Shown one piece after another: positions 26,347 through 32,000 of a stretch of 32,000 bases of DNA (within the stretch, counting starts at the first letter, position 1; every line of letters starts with the position of its first letter). The position numbers were made by a program, and so were the translations under genes. The stretch spans positions 4,429 to 36,428 of the forward strand of contig PRDJ01000018.1 in the NCBI GenBank assembly GCA_003345555.1. The letters are read 5' to 3'. The notes beneath the pieces were generated by a model, which saw only the letters and a program-made list of their open reading frames with translations, did not search any database and was not told where the DNA came from. The stretch is from Candidatus Thorarchaeota archaeon. GTDB lineage: Archaea; Asgardarchaeota; Thorarchaeia; Thorarchaeales; Thorarchaeaceae.

Positions 26347-26802
26347 TCACTCCGTCTTGCTTGTCTTGCTCTCGAGACCGTGCTCTGTCATCCAGTCTTT
26401 GGCTATTGCAGCAACACGTTCGTAGAGTGGACCTGAACCATCCACGCCTTCAGGTGTAATGCGTATCTTGTTCATGACAACAATTACTTGGGTATCTGGA
26501 AAGTAGCGAACTCCTCCCGGTGGGAAGCTCGTCTCAAGCTTCTTAGCAAGTCCCTCCAGACTGATTTCCTTCTCAGCAACAGAAATCGACACAATGCTGC
26601 CGCCGTAAATGAAAACCTTGGGTATCCTTTGCTCCTCGCCCTGGACGGCCACGTCCGATAGGACTATGCTTAGAGTCGTCTGGTCGAATCCTTTCAGAGT
26701 GCCAGAATATGTCTTCCCTGCGGTCGTAGTCACATTAATAGTCGAGCCAACCACTGAGGCGATCTCACGGTTGAAGGCTCTCATTGCTGTGGCATCTGAC
26801 AT
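26347..26802 (-). CDS. Lsm/Sm-like protein with C-terminal domain (SmAP3-type)
   Basis: Sm fold (GKTYSGTLKGFD, KVFIYGGSIVSI) plus an approximately 65-aa C-terminal domain. Confidence 0.85.
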   Translation of the reverse strand: MSDATAMRAFNREIASVVGSTINVTTTAGKTYSGTLKGFDQTTLSIVLSDVAVQGEEQRIPKVFIYGGSIVSISVAEKEISLEGLAKKLETSFPPGGVRYFPDTQVIVVMNKIRITPEGVDGSGPLYERVAAIAKDWMTEHGLESKTSKTE

Positions 26803-26850
26803 CTTTAATCACCATTCAAGAACGTAATACTAGAACGAGCCTTCCCCACT

Positions 26851-27000
26851 CTGTTGTCTTAAAAGTGATGCCGTTGCCCGAAACTTACCCGCCTAGGACA
26901 ACTTCCCAGACCGTGTTCGGTTCCTGCTTCATCGTGGAGCACCTGCCTTTGTGGCATGCCCCTCCCCACTCTTACAGGCGTTTTGAGTCTCCGCCCAACT
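26851..27000 (-). ncRNA. Predicted TnpB omega-RNA (scaffold overlapping tnpB 3' end, guide about 26870-26851)
   Basis: TnpB omega-RNAs are established to derive from the right end plus flank. The boundary after AACGG is inferred and the 5' end is approximate. Confidence 0.55.
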
Positions 27001-28170
27001 GGCGGCGACTGAAGCCAGATTCATGGCCGCATTAAGGTCGCGGTCCGCCTCGAAACCGCAATTCACGCACTTGTACATTCTCTCAGAGAGCGACATTTCA
27101 TCCTTGACGGATCCACAGCTGGAGCATCGTCTCGTGGACGGGAAGAACGAGTCTGCCTCCACGACTGCACCCCCGTTCCACTTGGCCTTGTATTTCAGCT
27201 GCCGGAGAAACTCCCCCAAGCTCGCATCGGCGAGATGCTTTGCCAGATGATGATTCCTAAGGAGTCCGGTCACGTTCAGGCTCTCAACACCGATGACTGA
27301 CTTGGTTCTCGCCAGCATCGTTGTTGCCTTATGGATAGCATCCTTGCGGATGTTGGAAACCTTCAGCTCGTACCGGGCCAGTCGTATCACCGTACGGGCC
27401 CGGTTGTTGCTTCCTCTCGCCTTCCTCGCAAGAGACCTTTGGATTCGCTTCTTCCTACGTTCAAAACGTGAAAGAGGTTTTTGATTCGCAATTACGGTTC
27501 CGTCACTGATTGTGGCCAGTTTCGAAATGCCAACGTCAACTCCGGCCGTGGGTCCAGTGTTGTTCTGGGCCTCAATCTCCTCTTCCACCTGAAGACTCAC
27601 AAACCATTTTCCAGCTTTTTCTGAGACAGTCGCCGACGGAATGTGCACTCCCTGAGTTGGAAGATACTCCTTCTCCTTGAGTCGGATCATACCAATCTTG
27701 GGCAGCTGCACCGAGTCGTGGAAGACCTTGATTGACCCTCTCAGCTTGAAGCTGCCGGCACCGAGTCTTCTGCGCTTGAATCTGGGATGGCCCGCCCGCG
27801 TCTCGAAGAAGTTCTTGTACGCCCTATCGAGGTCTCGGAGGGCTTCTTGCGGGGCGCACTTGGAGACCTCATACATCCATGTGAATTCCGTCCTCTTCAA
27901 AGCAGTCAGTTGCTTGTGGAGCTCAATGGCATTAGACGATCTTCCCGTTTTCTCGTACTCTTCTTTCCGCCGCGCAAGCCCCCAGTTGTATACAAACCGA
28001 GCCGCGCCGCTGTGTTTGAGCAGGACTGTGTGCTGGACATTGTTGGGTTCGATTTCTGTCTTGTAGGCCCGCATGATTTTCATGTCTTCATGACCTCTGT
28101 CGTGTGTTCGGCATGGTCAGATAGTCTTACGCTGCCTGCTCCTACGTGGCGTGAGTCGACATTAAAAGTC
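26871..28170 (-). mobile_element. Non-autonomous tnpB-only element, IS607-like right end (left end not located; 28170 approximate)
   Basis: Solo tnpB. Downstream GAAGCAGGAACCGAAC...GTAAGTTTCGGGCAACGG resembles IS607-type right ends from recall. No tnpA in the 127 nt before the next ORF. Confidence 0.7.
26929..28083 (-). CDS. tnpB: TnpB RNA-guided endonuclease
   Basis: N-terminal HTH (RAYKTEIEPN, ARFVYNWGL), RuvC D (GVDVG), E (GVESLN), D (DRDLNAA), Zn finger CSSC..CVNC. Confidence 0.95.
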   Translation of the reverse strand: MKIMRAYKTEIEPNNVQHTVLLKHSGAARFVYNWGLARRKEEYEKTGRSSNAIELHKQLTALKRTEFTWMYEVSKCAPQEALRDLDRAYKNFFETRAGHPRFKRRRLGAGSFKLRGSIKVFHDSVQLPKIGMIRLKEKEYLPTQGVHIPSATVSEKAGKWFVSLQVEEEIEAQNNTGPTAGVDVGISKLATISDGTVIANQKPLSRFERRKKRIQRSLARKARGSNNRARTVIRLARYELKVSNIRKDAIHKATTMLARTKSVIGVESLNVTGLLRNHHLAKHLADASLGEFLRQLKYKAKWNGGAVVEADSFFPSTRRCSSCGSVKDEMSLSERMYKCVNCGFEADRDLNAAMNLASVAASWAETQNACKSGEGHATKAGAPR

Positions 28171-28321
28171 GCCAGCTTTCTCAGCCCTTTTAGCGGTTGA
28201 CTCCCGTTGATTGAAAGGAGCTTTCGTGAAGCACGCAGACTGGCTCATGAGGTTGCCGCGTAACAATAGGTTATTAGCCGACTACAGGGCCAATCCTTTC
28301 AGCCGAGGTGACGCATGCATC

Positions 28322-29161
28322 TTGACCACTTCTGCAAGGCACTTTTCTCTCCAGTACATCCGTGAGGAAGCACTCCCTACACCTTTCTGCCCTGGGTGCG
28401 GCAACGGTACCATCATGAACGTTTTCTTGAAGGCAGTAAAGGATCTCGGGCATGAGAACCTGAGAGGGTTTGCTTTTGTTTCAGGTATCGGCTGTGCCTC
28501 ATGGACAATATCTCCTCATTTTCTCGCAGATACCCTACACACGACACACGGCCGTGCCCTCGCTTTTGCCACCGGGCTGAAGCTCGCTCGTCCTGAGCTC
28601 AAAGTGGTCGTGATAAGCGGGGACGGCGACTTGGCTGCCATCGGAGGAAATCATCTCATCCATGCTGCACGCCGCAATATCGACATGACCGTGATATGCA
28701 GCAACAACTACAACTATGGAATGACCGGCGGGCAAGTTGGCCCAACCACTTTCACTGGCGACAGAACCACAACAAGCCCATACGGTAACCCCGAGCGACC
28801 TTTCGACCTGGCCCGGCTAGTTGCTGCGGCGGGTGCAAACTATGTTGCCAGATGGACCACAGCTCACCCGATTCAAGCCGTGCGATCCATCAAGAGGGCA
28901 CTCGAACGCAAAGGATTCTCTTTCATCGAGATACTCAGTCAATGTCCAACTTCCTATGGCCGTCGGGTCAAGATGCCAAGTCCGACTGACATGCTCCAGT
29001 GGTTCAAGACACTGCCTATGAAGAGACCCGACACTCCAATTGAGTACACAGTTCCTACAAAGGAAGGAATGGACTTGGGCGAATTCACAGACAGAGAAGA
29101 GATGGGCTATGCTGAAGCCCTGAAGCAAATGGCTGCGCGCATTGGAGGCAGGTCGGAATGA
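28322..29161 (+). CDS. korB: 2-oxoacid:ferredoxin oxidoreductase beta (TPP-binding) subunit
   Basis: FCPGCG, SGIGC, HGRA, SGDGD...NN, YGMTGGQ. TTG at 28322 follows GAGGTGA (track start 28211). Substrate specificity not determinable. Confidence 0.9.
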   Translation: MTTSARHFSLQYIREEALPTPFCPGCGNGTIMNVFLKAVKDLGHENLRGFAFVSGIGCASWTISPHFLADTLHTTHGRALAFATGLKLARPELKVVVISGDGDLAAIGGNHLIHAARRNIDMTVICSNNYNYGMTGGQVGPTTFTGDRTTTSPYGNPERPFDLARLVAAAGANYVARWTTAHPIQAVRSIKRALERKGFSFIEILSQCPTSYGRRVKMPSPTDMLQWFKTLPMKRPDTPIEYTVPTKEGMDLGEFTDREEMGYAEALKQMAARIGGRSE

Positions 29162-29685
29162 GGGTTGAAATACGTATTGCAGGCACCGGTGGAATGGGTG
29201 TCGTTCTTGCAGGTGTGTTGATGGGTCATGCAGCTGTTGTCCACGCTGGTCTTGATGCCATACAGACCCAAAGTTATGGATCGGAGGCACGGGGCACCGA
29301 TGCTAAGAGCGAGGTAATCATAAGCGACCAGCCCATACACTATCCAAAGGTACTGAAGGCTGACTATAGCGTACTGATGTCGCAGAAGGCGTTCGATGCA
29401 CATATTGACGGAGCAAAGAAGGGTAGCACTGTCATTATTGATCCGGACTTGGTGGATTACGGAGAGAACGCCGCGGACTACACCATTGTGCCGGTCAAGG
29501 CAATGAGCATTGCTGACGGTCTCGGCCAGCGCATGGTCTCAAACATGGTGATGTTGGGTGCCCTTGTAAAGATGTCCAGAGTCTTTCCGATTGAAGCCCT
29601 AGAGAAGGCTGTGGGCGATATGTTGCCTGCCAAGGTGCAATCACTTAATCTGCAAGCGGTGCATGCAGGGTCCGATCAGGTCTAG
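29158..29685 (+). CDS. korC: 2-oxoacid:ferredoxin oxidoreductase gamma subunit
   Basis: IAGTGGMGVVLAG, QSYGSEARG, NMVMLGA. Confidence 0.9.
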   Translation: MRVEIRIAGTGGMGVVLAGVLMGHAAVVHAGLDAIQTQSYGSEARGTDAKSEVIISDQPIHYPKVLKADYSVLMSQKAFDAHIDGAKKGSTVIIDPDLVDYGENAADYTIVPVKAMSIADGLGQRMVSNMVMLGALVKMSRVFPIEALEKAVGDMLPAKVQSLNLQAVHAGSDQV

Positions 29686-29960
29686 CCGCCATGCACCAGA
29701 GGAAGTATGACTACACTATCTCCGTTGCCGAGGCGGGTGTCAAGGCCACCGGTCAATTCTATGTCCACTCCGTTCCGAAGCAGTAGTGTGTTCTGATTGA
29801 GCTGTTCAGGGGTGGACCACACTCCCCTGACCTCGTCTCTTGCATCAATCAGTCTCCGCAACAGGTCACGGATACTGACAGTATCCTCAAAATCCAGACT
29901 GGTCTCAGGTGTGCCCATTCTTCCAGCAATTGGTCCCCGGAATCTGACAGTGATTCTCAT
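29682..29960 (-). CDS. Ubiquitin-like beta-grasp protein (MoaD/SAMP/Urm1 type)
   Basis: 92 aa from ATG 29960, LLRNGVDI..GGLDTRLGNGDSVVILP, C-terminal HGG. Confidence 0.88.
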   Translation of the reverse strand: MRITVRFRGPIAGRMGTPETSLDFEDTVSIRDLLRRLIDARDEVRGVWSTPEQLNQNTLLLRNGVDIELTGGLDTRLGNGDSVVILPLVHGG

Positions 29961-30028
29961 GACAATCAGCGTCACATATGGTTGTCTTGAAGATAAAAGA
30001 ATCAACATAGGTGACAGATTTGCGGTTC

Positions 30029-30988
30029 CTAGCCAATCGCCAGTGATTGTCTTAGGACCACGGGGTTCACGTGTCCAGCCTTGAGTGTTCTGCCGCTGGT
30101 TATGTCGTTGACCGTGATTTCGGCAGGGCCGAAGAGCGCTGGATCCAGTCTATGAGAGTCAAATCCAACCGACGCGAGAAGGCGATACAGGGGCTGCCCG
30201 TACTCTGAAGATGCAGATGATGAAGCTCTTTCGACCAATGCTTCCAGCTTATCACTTTCATCTGACTTCACAAAGAAGAAGGCTCTTCCGCCGTAGATAA
30301 CGCAATCATTTGTAATCCCTGCTGCCACTCTGCTATCTCTTGCTGCAAGAGCGATCGGGGCGACTCCGTGGCCTGTTCTGATTCCTGCGGGATTGAATCC
30401 GAGCGTCATGAGCCTATACACACCGGCCTCCACTACCCTTGCGGATGTCAGCACCGAACCGACAATGCTCGTTATGGGCGCCAGAATACAGTAAAGATCG
30501 GTTGTCGAGATGCCACACGTGTCTGCTATTGATTGTGTGACGCTATCGGGAGGTGTCTCCCCTGTTTCCAAGCAGATTATTCCAGCTTTTGAATCATCCC
30601 TGTAATTCAGCTTAACAAAGAGCTCTTTCTCGATACTTGCCAATGCCCTTGCAGGACCCGAGCATACGGCAGAGTAGTCGCCAATCCTCATCTCCCAGCC
30701 AGCATGCTGCGAGCCCAGTGCAGCAAGCATGGGTTGGTCGGTTCCGACGACCACTGAAGGCATAGTCATATCCCCTATGTGCACTCTAGAGACCCTGACT
30801 GCCCCAAGGCCTCCCAAGCAGGCCTCAGCACAGAGCCTGCCAGCTTCGATTCCGCCAGTCGCATCTATTCCTGCATCAATCAAAGTTGTCCCGTTGGCCT
30901 GTTGGACTACGACACATTCAAGCTCATCCTTTCTATCTATGATTTCCCGGACGATTTCCATAGCTTGCTCATTGACGCTCGTTCTCAC
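30029..30988 (-). CDS. mch: Methenyltetrahydromethanopterin cyclohydrolase
   Basis: LIDAGI..GGIEAG, CLGGLG, LGSQHAGW, SGPARALA, ARVVEAG, NDCVIYGG, FGPAEI. Confidence 0.92.
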   Translation of the reverse strand: MRTSVNEQAMEIVREIIDRKDELECVVVQQANGTTLIDAGIDATGGIEAGRLCAEACLGGLGAVRVSRVHIGDMTMPSVVVGTDQPMLAALGSQHAGWEMRIGDYSAVCSGPARALASIEKELFVKLNYRDDSKAGIICLETGETPPDSVTQSIADTCGISTTDLYCILAPITSIVGSVLTSARVVEAGVYRLMTLGFNPAGIRTGHGVAPIALAARDSRVAAGITNDCVIYGGRAFFFVKSDESDKLEALVERASSSASSEYGQPLYRLLASVGFDSHRLDPALFGPAEITVNDITSGRTLKAGHVNPVVLRQSLAIG

Positions 30989-31232
30989 TTAGATTGTCCC
31001 CTGTCACGGCCACTCTTTGGCCGAGTGCCATCTTCCCACTTTCCAGCAAGAATCTTATGAATATCGTCTACATTCACACAAGTTTGCACTTTCCTCTGTG
31101 CATCCAGTACGTAGTCGTGTGTGAACTCAGGTATAGAGGTTTGGCCTGCACAATTGACGAAACGTTTATCTCTCGTCAAAAGGCCAACAGCGCCGAAAAT
31201 GCGCCTGCCGGACGATAGACGCATTCAGGGGC

Positions 31233-31307
31233 GCCCGAGTAGCTCAGTGGAAGATCGCCTGCTTGGTAAGCAGGAAGTCGCGGGTCCGATCCCCGCCTCG
31301 GGCTCCA
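31233..31307 (+). tRNA. trnT: tRNA-Thr(GGU), CCA encoded, atypical T-loop
   Basis: GCCCGAG/CUCGGGC plus U-CCA, CCUGC-UU-GGU-AA-GCAGG, GCGGG/CCCGC. T-loop reads UCCGAUC and the D-stem has a C11-U24 mismatch. Confidence 0.88.
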
Positions 31308-31365
31308 CATTCTCATTCCAGATTTCTCGGCAGTGCTGCCGCTTCGGAGATTCCATTGACTCGAC

Positions 31366-31608
31366 CTAGTCATCTCGCAGTTGGTCTTTGTGTCTTGGGC
31401 GAGGCGTGGTTGTCCGACGTTTGGAAACCAGACGCTTAGCCTCTTCTGGCCCCACAATCTCTGATAGCCGCTTGATGGCATCGGGGTCCTCCGTTCTCTC
31501 CAACCAGAAATCAATCTCTCTCTGGAGCGCAGGCGACAGGTCTTTCGCTAACTTCTTGGTTCTGTTCTTCCGGTCCAGCCCGAAGTCGTCAGGTCCTAGT
31601 AGGCTCAT
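31366..31608 (-). CDS. Hypothetical small charged helical protein
   Basis: 80-aa ATG ORF with protein-like composition filling an otherwise empty gap. No recognisable family. Confidence 0.55.
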   Translation of the reverse strand: MSLLGPDDFGLDRKNRTKKLAKDLSPALQREIDFWLERTEDPDAIKRLSEIVGPEEAKRLVSKRRTTTPRPRHKDQLRDD

Positions 31609-32000
31609 CTGTAACCATCAAATGATATTGCCGCTAATAGTTATGGCTTTTCGCCCGAGTCGATTTGGCACTCGTTGCTGACAGATGCGGTTCTCGGCAC
31701 TGCCTATTCCCTGTGTAACAATCATATTGTCTGATCCTGACGGAACGACGAGCTCTTCTCGCAATCGACAAAAGGAGCTTTGTGAGGACAATCTCTGGAG
31801 TCTAGAGAGTTGCAGAAGAGCCTTGGCCGGGTCACTCAATCAGATCGTCACGACAACGTATTCGAGTTCCTTTGCGAAAATGGCAGAGTAAGAATAACGA
31901 TAATGGGGCCCAAGGTAGTAAGAGTACAGGCTACGAGAAACGGTGACTACAGACATCATGAATCGTTTGCGAGAGTACATTATGGAGGCCCCGTGTCTAT

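Noticed and set aside
5773-26831. GTATTAC(AC) upstream of the Lon-like gene, cdrS and lsm as a CdrS box
   Set aside because: Short motif picked post hoc. It also occurs inside dnaG (7077-7083), so it is not distinguishable from chance without a genome-wide test.
1-32000. CRISPR array
   Set aside because: No regularly spaced 25-40 nt repeats were seen anywhere in the window.

Overview
Core-chromosome window of an archaeon. The protein set (FtsZ with an RHH regulator, Mch, eS30, SmAP3-type Lsm, DUF1512, Elp3, DnaG, pelota) looks Asgard-like, most likely Thorarchaeia; this assignment is an inference from recognition, not a database result. About 35 CDS, dominated by RNA processing, modification and translation: NcsA/TtuA, pelota, DnaG, two tandem MetAP2 genes, RNase HII, fibrillarin-Nop5, Elp3, archease, a SPOUT methyltransferase, uL3-uL4-uL23-uL2 and eS30. 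Also present are pyrD-pyrK, cdrS-like-ftsZ, orphan 2-oxoacid oxidoreductase beta/gamma subunits, a ubiquitin-like GG-ending protein and mch. Four RNA genes invisible to the ORF track were read by hand: a stand-alone 5S rRNA with a eukaryote-type GAUC loop-C signature, a tRNA-Trp with two introns (anticodon loop and T-loop), a tRNA-Ser(UGA) with a T-loop intron of the same 30-nt architecture, and a tRNA-Thr(GGU) with atypical C55. One mobile element is present: a solo, catalytically intact tnpB with an IS607-like right end, whose predicted guide covers the lsm promoter. Other oddities are a Lon-type AAA+ ATPase with a Zn ribbon but no protease or transmembrane domain (between dnaG and pelota), a probable AUA start for dnaG, and about 750 bp of unexplained hairpin-rich DNA between dnaG and map.
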